A stretch of DNA of 64,000 bases from Balamuthia mandrillaris (Eukaryota): contig JAVKOQ020000059.1 of the NCBI GenBank assembly GCA_031835245.2, positions 124,001-188,000 of the forward strand, in the 5' to 3' direction. This document shows positions 37,885 through 52,414 of this stretch, piece by piece; the first letter of the stretch is position 1; each line of letters begins with the position of its first letter. The position numbers and the translations under genes were made by a program. The notes under the pieces are model-generated. The model had not been told where the DNA came from and did no database searches. It saw only the letters and a list, made by a program, of their open reading frames with translations.

Positions 37885-40800
37885 TTAAGAAGAGAAACAG
37901 GATGGCTCAAGGTCCACGTTCCAAACGGTGAGGGCGGCACCGCGTTGGTACCAATAGGAAGCAGGCAGAGAAGTGGGCATGCGCAGATAAATGGAGAAGA
38001 GCAGGTCCAAACGAGTGGGATTGAGATATACCGGCAACTCCACCTTGTTCTTGTGAAGAACGGCTAAGTCCACCGTCCCTTGTTGTGGTTGGGTCTCTCC
38101 GCGAGGAGGCACGTGCACCCACGTGAAACGCACGTCTGGCATGTTGGTGAACAGGTCTCTCGTGACGGCCAACTGACCTTTCATCCAGGAAGCTCCTTCA
38201 ATGCTGAGTCCATGCACTATGAAGCTGGTGCTGTCCGAAATGACTTGCTGCTCTCCCTCCTGTGATCCATCGAGCACGTCCACATGGAGGGCAAGGTTCT
38301 CTACGGACCAACCGTGAGCACGAGCGGCTGCCTGACGAGTGGCTGTGATGAAGGCCTCGGGGAAGAACAGACCGCCCACCCAGATGGTCAGTTGCTGTTT
38401 GTTGCGTTGGCGCAGGTGATGCAACTGCTTCATGCGGCGAGTGAGATCCACCAACCAAGCATTGACGCTAAGAGTCTCGGGTACGGCGTACATCCTCCAT
38501 TCTCGGGGGATGAGGCCTTTGAGCAGATCGCTCATGATGCTGCGCAAGTAGTTGGTTTGCTTGAGCTCGCCGCGGCATGTCAGTATGGTGTTCTGTAGAT
38601 CGCGACGTACTTTGACCACAAGACCAGCTCCCGCACTGAGCTCTCTTTGGAGGCAGCGAAGGACCGGATCATGTTCGCTGGCGCCGTAATCTTCTCCTCC
38701 TTGCTCCTTTTGCTTGCCCGGCATTTGAGCGAGTTGCTCAGGCAGCAGCAACAACCACTTCTCGGCGGTCTGACTGAGAGCTATCATCCAAGCGGGGAGA
38801 GCACCAGCTACCTCCTTCTCTTTATCTGGGGACTCAGACGAAGATGCGGCCTCATCCTCTTCAATGACTTGCATCTTCTGCAGCTTCTTGAGCATTTCCT
38901 TGCCCTTGTTGGCCAGCAACATCACCTCCGCGTTATCAGGCAGACCAAGCCATGCTGGTGTCTCGTTTTCAGGCATGCTTGCTTGCACCCACTTGATAAA
39001 GTCATCACGGCTTCGGCCATCGGGCACAGTTAGCACTTCGTCATTCTCAGCCGAAGAAGAACCGGCAGTAGAGGAAGCGAGGAGGGCATTGGTGAGCGGG
39101 AATTGAGCATCAAAGCTGTGCGGCGTGAAGAGGTGGTCGAGGAAGGAGTCAAGTAGGCGCTGATCGAAGGGATTATCTACGCGGCCGCCATACACGGTCT
39201 GGCCAAGCAGAGTGCGAAGGGCAACCCATGGGATACGCTCAGGCGGGATGTTGGAACGGCCTTGAGCACGCAAGTCCACCCAGTAGTCCACTGTGTCGAG
39301 CGCACAGCGCAAGTCTGACTCGTTGAACTCAAACATCTTGGACCAACCGAGTGGTGCATAGCGCAAGCGCTCTTGCACCACGGCATGGAACCACGCCAGC
39401 AGGAAGTAAAGGCGGACGCGTTCAACGGGCTGCCTCTCCATTCGGTCTGGCGTTATATTGGAGAAAGTATGCAGCAGGTTGGCGCGAATGCCTGGTGGAG
39501 GCTCGAATACGAACACATGCGCCTCTCGAAGGAGACTAGTTGGGAGACGAGGATGGATCTCTGAAGTAAGGAACAAGCGGAAGGTAGGCTTGGGTTCCAG
39601 GCTGTGAAGCTTCTTCTCCAGCTGTACCAGCCACTGCGGCGCCAAGTGGATGTTCTTGAGGAGGACCCAAGTACCCGACTTGGCGGCTGCCGCGATGGCT
39701 TTCTCCGCCAAATCGAAACCTTCTGCAGAGCCAAGAGCCAGTGACTTGCAGGCACGCTTCGTCTTGTTGACGAGCTCATCAACAAGATAGCTGGCATCAT
39801 GACCGGCGCTTGAGCACAGCAGCAAAGGTGAATCGCTGCTGCTTTCCTTCTCCACAACGTGCAGCAGGTCAAGGTCTGGAATGTGAAGGAACGCCTCTCC
39901 AAACACTTTAGCGGCGTATTGGGCAGCTCCAGCCCTTAGCCTGTCCGGTCTAAGTCCCTTCAACAATAGCAACCGCCTGAACAGAGCAATGACCTTCGAA
40001 GGAGAGGCTCCTGCGCCTTCTTGTTGAGCCTGTTCCCAGGAAGTCGGCACGTGGTGCTCCGCCGTTGGCGAGGTCAGGAAGTGCCTCCACTCTTCTTGGT
40101 TGCTGTTCATATGCTCTGCTATGCGAGCAAAGGACGGCAGCTTACGCAACTCAGAAATAAAGACTCGCTGTGGACCCGACAGGAAGTCCAGCCCCACAGT
40201 AGCTTCGTCGCTCTTTGCGGTGCCGCCAACGTTGTGGGTGCCTTTCAACAAAAAGTCAAACTCGGTGGGATTCGCTTGGTCCGGCGAGTCTTTGAGGCGG
40301 ATCTGAGTCAACCGCAGGGCAAACGTGAGCTGATCCTCATGAAGGAGACCTCTGGCCACGCGTTGGAATACCAGCTGGAACACATCGTGCATCAGCACGG
40401 AGAGGCGCTGAATGTGATCGGTCAGGCCGTCCAGGTGGTCGTTGCGCAGAAGAATGTCGTGGAAGATTCGCAAGAAGAAGTTCAACGAGAATTGATATAG
40501 GAAGTGTACGGAGGCGGTCTGCTCCAGAGCAAAATATATACCAGAACAGGCCACAGCCATTGGCACGTACTCCTCGCTGACAGTGCTGATCTCCTGCATA
40601 ACAACCTCGGTTTGAGCCATCTTGGCGGCAACGGAGGCAGCTTCGTTCTTCAAGGATTCCAACGTGCTAATGACGTGGTCATCTTCCAAAATGTTGTTGC
40701 CCTGAGAGGCATTCAAAGCATCCAACAAGGATTTCTCGAGGTTGCGCAAGCGCACCTTGAACTCGCCCTGCAGCTTGAGCAGGTCCACTCTCTTCTTGTG

Positions 40801-43800
40801 GACGTCGGGGCGCTCTGATTTGAGCACAGAGTGAAGGCACTGGCTCTGGAGGCTGCTAGGTGTCACAGTAAAGTTCACAAAGGTGACACGGCTGCAAAGA
40901 TCGGGAGTGAAGTGGGAGGTGGGATCTCTTGTAGACAAGAAGATGACAAACGAGGGAGAAAAGTCGACGTCTTGGTCGCCAAGCCTTATCAGCACGCGTC
41001 CACCGGTCTTACGAATCTCCTTGTTGAGGACTGGATTGAGAACGGGATCAATGCTTTCCACGTCTTCAACCAACAAGGGTGTGCCGAAACGAAGCGCGCT
41101 CTCCAAGTTCTTCATGAAAGAGGCATCGAGGAAGCTGGTCTTCTTGATCTTGAGGTCGGCGTACTGTTTCATCAAGAACTCGGCAGCCTGGCCCGATGGA
41201 TCGATAACCAACGGGTACCTATTGAAGCGGTGCAACATAATGGCGTTCTCCAAGCAGAGATCATCGGCAGGCAAGGCGTTGTTTTGCCAGGAGAGGCGCT
41301 CGTCGGGTGTAGAGAGGTACTCGATGACAGAGATATCTTCCTTGAAGGCTACGCCAACAGCCTGCAGGTGAGCTTTCCATTGGTTTTGAAGGGTAGTACG
41401 GTAGTGCTGATCAAAGAAGCCAATGTAGGCTAGGAAGGCAGCGCTGATGAAAGAGTCGCCTACAATGGTGGCCATGTGGGCCTTGAAGGTCTCACTGCTG
41501 CTCTCCCAACGATCCTTCTCCGAGTTGAGATTGTAGAGGAGGGCGGTGGATCTCTCTACCTTGGTCTTGACCGTCGCCATCTCGGCCTTGATGGCCTGAG
41601 TCTCGCTGATGAGCATGGCGTATTCGTCCTTGTAGCGGTTGATGCTAGCCTCAAGGTTGGCGATTGTGTTCTCCATCTCTTGCTGCTTGTCCTTTAGCTC
41701 GCCGGCGGCATCTTCTAGGCTTTGCACTTCTTGGCGAAGAGGCTCCACCTTGCCCAGAATGTCGGAGTAGGACACTTGGGCGATGATCCAGGCGGCGAGA
41801 GGGCCACAGGCTTTGCTGGCGTGATTTATCGTCTCAAAGTTGAACTCGGGGTCGCTGAGATACTCCTTCTTTAAGAGGGTACGCAGTTTGGCAGAAATAG
41901 TGTTGGTGTCGAACGACACGATGTTAGAGATGAAGGACTTGTCGACGATCATACGACGAATGCCATCCCAGGTTTGCTTCTGGTGGGTGATGAGAAGGCC
42001 AACAGCCTCCAGGGTCTTTTTGATCTTTTCAGGAGGTCTTCCCAGCACACGGATTTCCTCCAAGTGTTTTCGTTTGATGCCGGACACACTCTTCTTGGCG
42101 GCTTCGACGGCGGGCTCTGCTTTGCTAAGATCCTCGTAGGCCTTATCTTTCTTGATTTGAATCTCCTGCTCTTGCTTTTCCAACTTAAGGCGCAGCTCCT
42201 GAGCAGCTTGTCGCTGTTGCTCTGCTTCTTGCTGGTCTTTAACCATCTGCTGCAGCTTCTCATTGGCCTCAGCCTGCTTTTCCTCCAAGACCTGACTCTT
42301 CACGCGGAGACTTTGCTGCATTTCCTTGACAGCTTGTTCTGTGTCTCTAAGCTTTTGCAAGCCCACATTGACGTGAAGCTGCTGCTCTTCTAGCTCTTCC
42401 CTCTTTTCGTTGATGAGGCGCACAAAGTGGGCGATGAAATCAAGGTAATGACGAGGGGTGACATAGTTGGATCTGCCTTGTTGTCTAGAGAGCTGCCAGT
42501 TGGCGTCGTTAATGGTGTTGTGGACGTAGACGAGGGCGCTGATAACAGCATCGCGATGGGATGGATGAGTAGGATTAGACAAAGGAAGGTTGGTCTCTGG
42601 GAAGAAGTCAGGAGGTTGATAGGTAGGATCATCCAGATCCACGTTCTTAGTGAACTCGGAGCCCACTTGGAACAAAGCTGCATCGGACCACTCTCCGAAC
42701 CAGTCCAACACACAACGGTTGAACAAGGCAGGAGAAGTGGCAGCTCGGTTGTGGAAGTCGGGACTGGCAGGGTTCATCGTGAACACAATGTGAAGATTGT
42801 TACGGACCTGCAAGGTGAACCACTTGTACATCTCTTCCTCTGTGTCCAAAATAAGACCACGGTTCTGGACAGCTTCCTTGCATTGATGCATGAGTGTAGT
42901 ATATTCATCACCCTCAAAGAGACCGGGCACTTCACCGCTGGCCAGCAGCGTGTTCATCCTCTCCAGGAAGCTGGATTCCAGCACGTTGGACTCGTCGAAA
43001 ATGAAGCATATTTTCTCGTCAGCACAGCCCGCTCGCTTCATGACAGTTCGAAGATCGTTGTCGAAGTCTTCGGGGCTGTAGCGGTTGTTGACCTTGATGG
43101 TGAAGATGCTGAGTCCGTTCATCCACGCCACGAAGCGGGAGAGCACAGTCTTACCACCACCGCTCACACCAATAAGTAGAGCGTGTCCCTGTGGTTGACG
43201 GAACACTCGATCGATACGGAGAATGTGGTCCAACACTTCGTCAAAGATAACCAAGGGTACATCCAGCTCCTCCTCGTAGAATACCTTCAGCCTGGCCTTG
43301 ACGTAATCACGGAGCTCAGCTCGTTCCACACGTACGTACTCTTTAGAGAGCCAGTTACTGAAGAGTATGGGCCTGGCCAACGCCTTCTCATCGAGGTTGG
43401 GGAAGTGCTTCATGACGATGGCGTCAATAGTCTTGTCGGTCCATTGAGCTTCTTCTCGAGTGACCAGCCTATCCTGGAAGAGCCGCAGCCCTTCATGCAC
43501 CCACAAGCGCATGAGCTCTTCCAGAGCGATACCTTCTCTTGCCTTGATGGCTGTGTAGAGGGCACGCAACCAGCGAGACAGTTCTCTGGGACTGTAGATG
43601 TAATGGGCGTGCATATCTGGCGTGAACCGCTTCTGGGAGGTCAAATAGAACTCCACCATAGCTTCCGTGAGAGAAGCCGCCTGCGAGCGCAGAGGCGGTT
43701 GCAGCTTCATCAACGAGCGGTAGAAGGTGCCATAGATCTGAATCAACGAGGACTCGGAGGGGAAATCAACGAGCAATAGGGGCACATGTCGCAGGAACCT

Positions 43801-46800
43801 GTGGGACAAGGGCACACGGCCTGCGTCTGTGGGAGGGTTGCATGCTCCCACGAACTGGATCCTCTCCAGGGTGATCCACTCGTGGTCTTTGTTGCCATCC
43901 GTGTTGATCTTCCAGTAGCCACCCTGCTCTGTCAGCTGTCGCATAAACGTGATGACGCGTTGGGTGCCATACGTGTCGTTGGCAGGAAGGTTGACCTCAT
44001 CGCAAAACACGACCAGCCACTTGCCAACCTGCACAGGCTGCAGGACGGTTCCCTTGGGCGTATGCTTCAGCTCGCAGTGCTGCTCAAAGGTTTGCAGCAG
44101 GAGCTCTGGCGTTGTGGCGCTGGAAAAGTTGAGCGACACCATTTCAAAGTCGGGCAAGGATTTGAGGGTGCTATCTAGGGTCATGGTTTTACCGCTGCCT
44201 GGTGGGCCGCACAAGACGAGGGGTCTGTGCTCTGCCAACCAGGATCGAAGCACTTCGGTATGACGCACGGTATCCACAGTGGGAATGACCACATCCGGTG
44301 AGGCCACCATGTGAGTCTCCACTTCGACGGTTGGCACCAAAGTGCTCCACAGGTGCCAATCTCCGTCTTCCAGAGATACCCAGTAGTCCAGCAGGGAGGG
44401 ACCAGAGGGGTCTGGCATTGGCGTTGTGGCCAGGCTCATCACATGCTTGCCAAAGGCCTCCCTATCGGAAAGACCCATGCTGCCGCCCAATCCCCACATC
44501 AGGGCATAATACAACCGGTTCGTCATATATCTCTCCAGCCGGTCCATCGGCAAGTGGAAGTCCGGGTGCTCCTGGTTGTATTGCAGTATGTTGTAGATGC
44601 CTCTGTTGATGAGAGAGAACGATGACAGCAGCGTGCGCAAGCGAGTAAAGTCCATAATGTGGGTCTGTTTTTGGGCATAGGCCATACACTTGTCCACAAG
44701 GTTACCGTTCTCGAAGAAGGGTTCCAGGATCTTGGCCACATCTCGTTGAAGGAGCAAGCCAGAAGGAGCTTCTACTTTGCCCTCGTCCAACAAAGGCTCT
44801 TGCAGCGTGGAAGAGGAACCACCAGCGGTCGGTCTTTGCTTAGTGGCGGCGGTGACCCTACGGAACGACTCACGCTCCACTTCGTCGAGGGGCTCCCACT
44901 GAAGCCGGAGCAGGTAGTTAGTGTAGATCATCTGCGTGGTCAGCGTCTCCTCCGAGAACCAAACCATGCCACAGCGACTGACAGTGGCTGGGGTTGCATA
45001 GCGAAGGTCCTGTACTTCGAACATGACCCGCACGTTGTCGGGCAGAGCCAGACGCTCGCCGTTGGGAAGGGTCAGCAGCTTGTTGTCATCCAGTAAACTG
45101 TTCAAATTTTCAACCCATTCAGGGTCCACATCACCGTCGAAGACGAACCAGTGTCGCTTATTGCTCTCTCCTCGCACATTATCTACTATCTTACGAAGCA
45201 AGCCCGTAAACAGACCATCCGTCCATTCTCTGGTGGTGGCATCCAAAGAGCCAAAGAGCTGCTCCTTGGTGATAGCTTTGGGATCCAACACGTAGGCCTC
45301 GGCCTTGATGCCCTCGCACCTCTCCAAAGCTTCAAGCAGCACGCGCCATGCTGAGCTCTTGCCGCTGCCGGAAGGTCCTACCATCATAACACCATGTCTT
45401 AGTATTTGGATCTGGTAAAGTTGCAACAGCTTCGCTTCCCACTCTGGGCTGACCACGAGGAAACGTTCCTTGCAAATCTCTGCGATTTTGGCTCGCAGCT
45501 CGTCCAAACTTATTGGGTTGGGCACTGAATTGGGGAATACGTCAGACAGTAGCGCCTGGAACAATGGAACATCACCGGCCACCAGCTTTGGAATGACGTT
45601 CTCACAGATGCTTCGCAACAGGATCTCTTGTTCAAAGGTTGTCCACTCTGACTCGCTTTCCTTTGGCTTCTCTTCTTCCCCTTCCGTTATGGTGTAAGTC
45701 TTTCGCTTGATGTTACCAGCGCTCACCAACACGCTCTTCAGAGCTCGCAATCCAAAGTCGTAGTGGCTTTGGGTGGATAGTTGCTCGCGGCAGAGGTTGA
45801 ACAGTGGTACCACTTTGCTTGCTAAGCGCTCCGCCGTCTTGAAGCCTTGTGAATAAAGCATCACCTGAGAAAGAGAGGCTGGTCAGGACCTTGATTTCTT
45901 TTTGCCTAGACTAGAGCAAGCATACCTGAGCAATCAACTCTCTGTCCGGTTGAATCATAGCAACGCCACGGAAGAGTTGCTTAAGATTGTCCGGCAAATT
46001 AGAGCGTCCCGCATAACCTGGATTCATTGTCACGAAGATACCCTAAATAAAATTTGAGAAACAAGTTCATCACAATAAGATAACAGTTTTCACAGTGATT
46101 GAGGAGGATGTGTGTACCATGACGGGGTTGATTTTGACGGATTTGCCGATGATCTCCACTTCTTTGGCCTTCTCCTTGAGTGCCACTTGAATGCCCTGGA
46201 TCTGCTGAGAGACAGCAGAGAGCATCCGCTCTTCCAGACGATTGAATTCGTCAAAGCATCCCCACGCACCACATTGACAAAGTCCAACAAAGATACGGCC
46301 CATGGCTTGGAAGTCAAAGTTTTCATCACAACAAAATACCAAAACAAATCGACCAAGTTGAGTACCCAACGCCTTAACTGTTTCTGTTTTGCCGGTACCG
46401 GCAGGACCGAAAGGACTGCCACCCAGACGAGCTTCCAGGGCTTGCGTTAGGGTCAAGTAGCAACGATCCGTCAATGGGGTCTGCACAAGTCGTTCGGCCA
46501 CGCCCAAGTACTCGAATCCATAAGTGAATGAGGCATTGGCCATTCGCACGGTCAATCTTTTCAGAAGCGAGTCCTTGCTAGGGTTCCAATAAAATCTCAT
46601 TTCTTGGAGCCACATAAAGTCAGCGGCACTGCTTATTTTGTGCTTGATCAACTATATTAACGTGGACCAAAACAAGTGTCAGATAAGATAGTGTCAAACA
46701 AAAGCGAGCATGACTTCGAAACTAAAATACCTTTCGGATGACATCTCGTTGATGAACGCATTCAGTGATAAGGTGTTCGTGTTTTACACGCTTAGTTGGG

Positions 46801-49800
46801 GCGAGATCCTCTATAACGCTATCGGCCAACAGGTTCAGTTTGTTCTCAATGTTTTGCAGAACTTTGGCGAGTCCTTGTTGGGCTGACTCCGAAGAACCTC
46901 CCTCTTCGCCCAGGGCCTGCTCTACTTCCCTGCACCACAGCACTTGAGAGGCGAGAACCACGAGCTGTGCTGGACATCTATCAATCCAAGACAGATAGGC
47001 CTTCGTGTCCAAGGTTGCCGCTTGTTCTATAACTTCCATTTCTGCTATGTAATCCTGTAAGAGAGAGGCAAGCGTGAATTTCATCTCGTTTTCGACCGTG
47101 CTCAGCCATTCGTATATCTTGGGGTGGTCCTTGAGTGAGACCGCCTTCTTAAACATCACCACCTCGCCTTCGCGGGACGACATGCCCAATATGTTGGCCT
47201 GCTCTTCGTCAAGTACCAATGAGGCCAATCCTGCAAACATTTTTTTAAGATGTTTCTGCACCTTAAAACTATGTAATGCGTGAGTTAATTGTGCAACTCT
47301 AGAGAAATTGGTGGTAACAAATAAAGGCTATAAAGACGTACATGTCCTTGCTGTTACCGATAATCTCCAACAAGTCCTCATCACCAACAAAGTAAAAGCG
47401 TGGGAAGGCAGAGCGTTGTCTCTCGAGATATTCACCGAGGGCTTTTTGGATCTTGGTCAGCAGATCGGAAAGCCTTTCAAGAGAACGGAACAGGCCCTCG
47501 ATCTCCAGCACCTCCAGAATTAAAGGTGCCTTGCTGACTTTGCGCATGAGAGTAACAAACTCGGTGTTGATGCTACGGAAGCGGGTGCTTTCCACGGGCA
47601 ATAGGTGTTGAATATCTCCACTTCCAGCAAAGATGCCTTCCAGGTATACCCATCTACGCTGAACATCAATCCACACGTCAAAGATCTGCTGAATACGATT
47701 CAATTTATCTTCCCAGCCGCTAGCTTCCTCTTTGAAGACCTTGAAGTAAGGAGACATCTTCATGGCGCCCAACGAGTTGGAGTGCTCTGCTACTTTGGCA
47801 AAGAGGTCGTCCCAGCCACGAATAAGTCGGCACTTGTTCTGGTAGTTCACCAAGTCGAGTTCATACTGCTGCCAGAATTGGCGAATCTGAAAGTAAAGAA
47901 AGATGTGATTACTAACGTAACTCTCCATCTTTACGAGCTTATGGAGCATATGCAAACCTGTTTAATAAATTCTTCCAAGGCAAGTTCTCCTTGTGCCTGC
48001 TGGATGATATCTTTGAACAGCTTGGCATTTCTATTCAAGTCGCAGTCCCAGATATCCCCGAGTGTCAACTCTGTAAATAGCCAATTTGCATTTAATTGTC
48101 GCCGCAGAGTCTTCCAGTGTCTCTCTTTGAGGGCCTCAGAGCGCAAATCTACAATAATCATGTTGGCTTTAAGGTGTCTACAAAATGACAAAAGAGAGTT
48201 AGACAAATCACTTATTTCCTGCAAACTGATGATTGGAGTGAGTGACGCACGATTTCACTGTTGATTGCAAGTGCTCGAAGGCAGAATACTGCCTGACGCG
48301 GTTTGGCAAAGTCTTTAAGCTGGAGAGGATCTCATCCAGAGAGTGGCGTATCTGGAATGGACAATAGAGATTTATAAGCAATTTGGTGTGTTTGTTTTTT
48401 TTTTTGAGCTGATGTAGGTACCTTTCGTGGGATAACCGCCGACCAAGGAATCTCTTTCAAGGTGTCCAAACTCTTCCATACGTCGGATAACTTGTTCCAC
48501 ACTTCCTTCAAATCATTCATTTCTTCTTCGATGGGTGTTAAGACGTCCTCCGACTGTATTAAAAGGTAAGGAGCTAAAGAGAGAGAAAAAAAAAGGAATT
48601 TAAAACGGTTGTAGCGCACCTCAGTTTCCAGGTTAAGAGCGACCTTAGCCTTGCAAATGCGATCATATTCCTCTTTAAGTCTTACGAGCCGCCCATCGAA
48701 AATCTTCAACGTCTCAAGAGCAGTTGTGAACTTCGTATCCCCAGAAACCGGTTTGGAATTGTTCCAGTCCTCGCTAAACTGGCGGATCTTTTCTGCGACA
48801 GACTTTCCTTCAGCGGCAACTTTCATCTGCAATGCTGGAATTTCGGAGTTGATAGAATCTGTCTTGCGACTGAGTATCTCATTGAATGCATTCCACTCGC
48901 CCTCTACCATGTCAAACTCCAGCCAATCAGCAGGAAATTGGAAGCGTTGGCGACGCAGCAAATCTTGTCCTGAACCGTAACAACGAAGCTCTTCTTCCCA
49001 TGCCTTTGTTTATGATAATAAGAATAACCAACATTCGTCATGAGATGGATGTAAGGTGTCGAAAATATAATTTGAGAAACCACGTACCGGGATGCACTTC
49101 TTGATTTCTTGAACTCTGATGATGAAGGCCACTGCCTCCGCAGTGGAGTCTGTCTCAACTGAGTGTTGTTCAAGCTCCACACGGGATGAAGAGATTTTGC
49201 TCTGGAATGTGCAGGATAGCAATAACGTTGTAAGAAACTCGTAATATAGGAAGAGAAAAAAATGGATACATACATGGAAGGCCTTCATGCTATCGGCAAG
49301 CTTTATGCCGAACTTTTTCAAGACATCCTTGTGCCAAAAGTCATATTTGTGATTCACATTGGACTGAACTTGGCCATAACGAATTACAACAGTACCAAAG
49401 GACTTTTCGCTCTCAGAAGTATCAAACGTCTTACGAGAACGTTTGATTTGTTCTAGAACCTGCAATTAAAAACGTTAGTCGGATTTGGCCAAACTGTGGG
49501 AAGTAAAATATGGAGCCAAACCTTTTGCCAGGTGAACAAGTCATCACCAAGGCGAGAATACAGCGTAGAAGCTTCCATATCCCAAAGTGCTTGATACTGC
49601 AGCCATATTTGAACATACTGCTCAACTTCACGCAGCTTATCCTCCAGAGTATTGTACGCTTGCTTCATAGCACCTTCGGGCAAGCGAGCCAACTAATAGC
49701 GCAAAAAAAAGTTAGAACACTGCCAACAGGCTATTCTACAACGAATAGAGCAAAAACAGATAGGCACCAGTTGTCTATAAGTGTTGATAGCAGCAGCGTG

Positions 49801-52377
49801 CATATCTTTCTTGTGGACAAGACCTTCATCATAACGAGAACTTTGTGGTCGGGAAAGGTCACAAATGTTGGCCAACCAAGTAGAGAGCTGTTGCACCCAG
49901 TGTTCCCTTGCATGCTCCAAAGGGGGATCTAGTGCAATAATCTGGTTACGGATGACAATCTCGTGATAACTGGTTTCTATCTTGGGTCTGTATAACTTTT
50001 TCCTATGCAAGGGTTGTTGCGCTTCTTTGACTTCGGTAGAGAGCATGTCTCCATCAGAGGTAGCGGAGGGCGCCACTTCTCCTTGGTCACTATCACGAGA
50101 GGCAGGGACACTACCAGCTGGGGCTCTTTTCCGTCTGGCCATGGCGCTGGAGCGGTAAGAGGAAGCTGTGGAGATGGAGTGCTGCGACTCCACCACTTCG
50201 TCATCTTGGCCGAAGGTGGAAATCCAGGCCTGGAACGCTTCTTCTAAGCGTTGTAACAGAATCTTTTCGATCTGCTTGTCCAACTCCCTCACCCAGGACT
50301 CCAAGTTGGAATAAGAAGCCAGATTGAGGTAGTCCACCACCTTTTGTATGTTTTCCATGACTTGGCTCAGAGTGTCCTTTTCCAGCGCGCACAAAGCCAA
50401 GGTGTTCAACGCGGTTTGGATTTCCGAGTACTTGACAAGTAGCTCATCCACCTTATCCTTGAAGGTAAGCACCGAGTCGGAAAGACGTCGAACGTAGGGA
50501 TCGACCTTAGAAAGCGTCTCCCACTTGATGTGAAAGCCCTCGCTGATATGATGCTGCACATCTAGCTTGTAGGCCGAGATGAGGGGAGCGATCTCTGGTC
50601 CAATCTTGGCTGAGGTCTGGGTGTAAGTTCGGATGGCTTCCTTCAAAGAAACAGCGAACGGATAGACCTGCTTCGCTCCACTTGCCAACAAGGTGATCGA
50701 AAAGGGGACGCGGAAATTGAGCCATTGCAGGTTGCGTACTTCCTTGAAAAGGGTGATGATGTTCGGGTCGAAATGCACATCTAGCATGAGAGTCTTTCCT
50801 TTCTTTGTTACATTGAGCAACCGCCCTGATACTTGAAAATTACGCGATTCCACGTCTTTGGCCCATTTTTCGAAGATCTAATAATGATGGCGAAGAAGGC
50901 CGAAAAAGTTAAAAGGCTAAAACTTCGCGCAAGTGAGTGTCATCAAAGGAAGTTGTGTACATACAACGTTAGCGTTAAGCTTTCTGCGGAACCTCTCACC
51001 ATCAGCTTTGAGCTTCTGGCCCTCCACATCGCGCTCCCAACCTTGACCCAACACATCTTCCACTCTTTGCATTTCGGTGGCGAGCTGACGCTCAATCTGC
51101 CTGGCCCAGATAATAGCTCCAGACACTGGTGGCAAATCTCTGAGTTGACTCATGCGGTAGGCCTCTGAGTTGCTGTATTGAGTCTTGAATTTGTCATGAA
51201 GTCCTTTGATATCGTCCTTCACTCGCTCAATGAGTTGTGTTTGGTATTCCTGGATAGCACCACGGATGCGAGGACGGAAGAACAGGGCGTTAAACTTGGA
51301 AAAGACCCTGAACATTTCGCTTGCATTCTTGGCCGTTGCTAACTTGTCTCGAAGCTTGGCTGTAATTTGAGACTCGACGCGATCGATCTTCGAGTCATAT
51401 CTCTTAACCGCAGCCTCCCAAATCTCTGTCCCCTCTATCCAAACAGTAAGACACAAGGTGCGATTTTATAAATTCAAAAAAAGAGAGAAAACGTACCTCT
51501 TGAAAGGTCGAGAATATCATTCACACGGGTGACTTCCTCGTAGGCATCTTTGATTTCTTGGCTTGCATTACGCCCATCTGCGCTGTTTGGCGAGAGCACT
51601 CGCACTATAACGTTCAACAATTCTTCATGTTGATGCCTAAACTTACGCAATTGGGAGATGCGCTCTTGCAATGGGCGATTCTCTGCGTTAACCTAACAAA
51701 GAGGGTTTACATGTTAGAACGAGAGTCCTTATTGGAAGTGGACAATTGGCACGTACTCGTAGCGGGATTTTATCTTTCTGGCGCTTCCGGGCAAGATCCC
51801 TGATGGAGTCGCGGAAGCTATCAAACTCATCCTCCCAAACAGCAAATAGAGTGCGGCAGGCAGAGGTTATCTGATCAAACTCGGGGTAGGTTAGGTGCAT
51901 TAAACGTTTTGCCCGCAAAAGCATCAACAATTTGGAACACATGTCGCGTGAAACAGCCTCTACCAAACGGAGATAGCGTGGGATAGGATAGTGGGCATTC
52001 TTGGTTCTCTTCAAGTGGGTAAAGATGGCTTTAACTGCTTCAGAAACCTTCTCCACCTCGCTGGCGGTTAAAAGCTCATCAACAGGGAAATCTTTCATAA
52101 GGCTTTTGTAGTGAAGAACTACAAAAAACAAAAAAACAAAAAAACACAAATGAGTAAAAAAGGTCGTGGTATGAAGCTCTGATATAAGGCTCTAACCTGT
52201 CTCTTTGGCTTTCTTCAAGCCAATAGTATCGGTGTCAAACGCAGCAGTTGCGTGGAAACGTTTTGCTTGTTTCAAAATGCCAAGAGTACATTCTATTTAA
52301 AGAGATGAAAGAACAGTAAATTATCAGGCGGGAAATGGAGAGAAGGGATAGTAATGAAGAAGCTTGTAACGAGGATG

Positions 52378-52414
<37 letters not shown>

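Noticed and set aside
22488..45697. Long antisense ORFs opposite the channel exon 1, the SDR and dynein
   Set aside because: Expected shadow ORFs of GC-rich coding sequence with no recognisable motifs.
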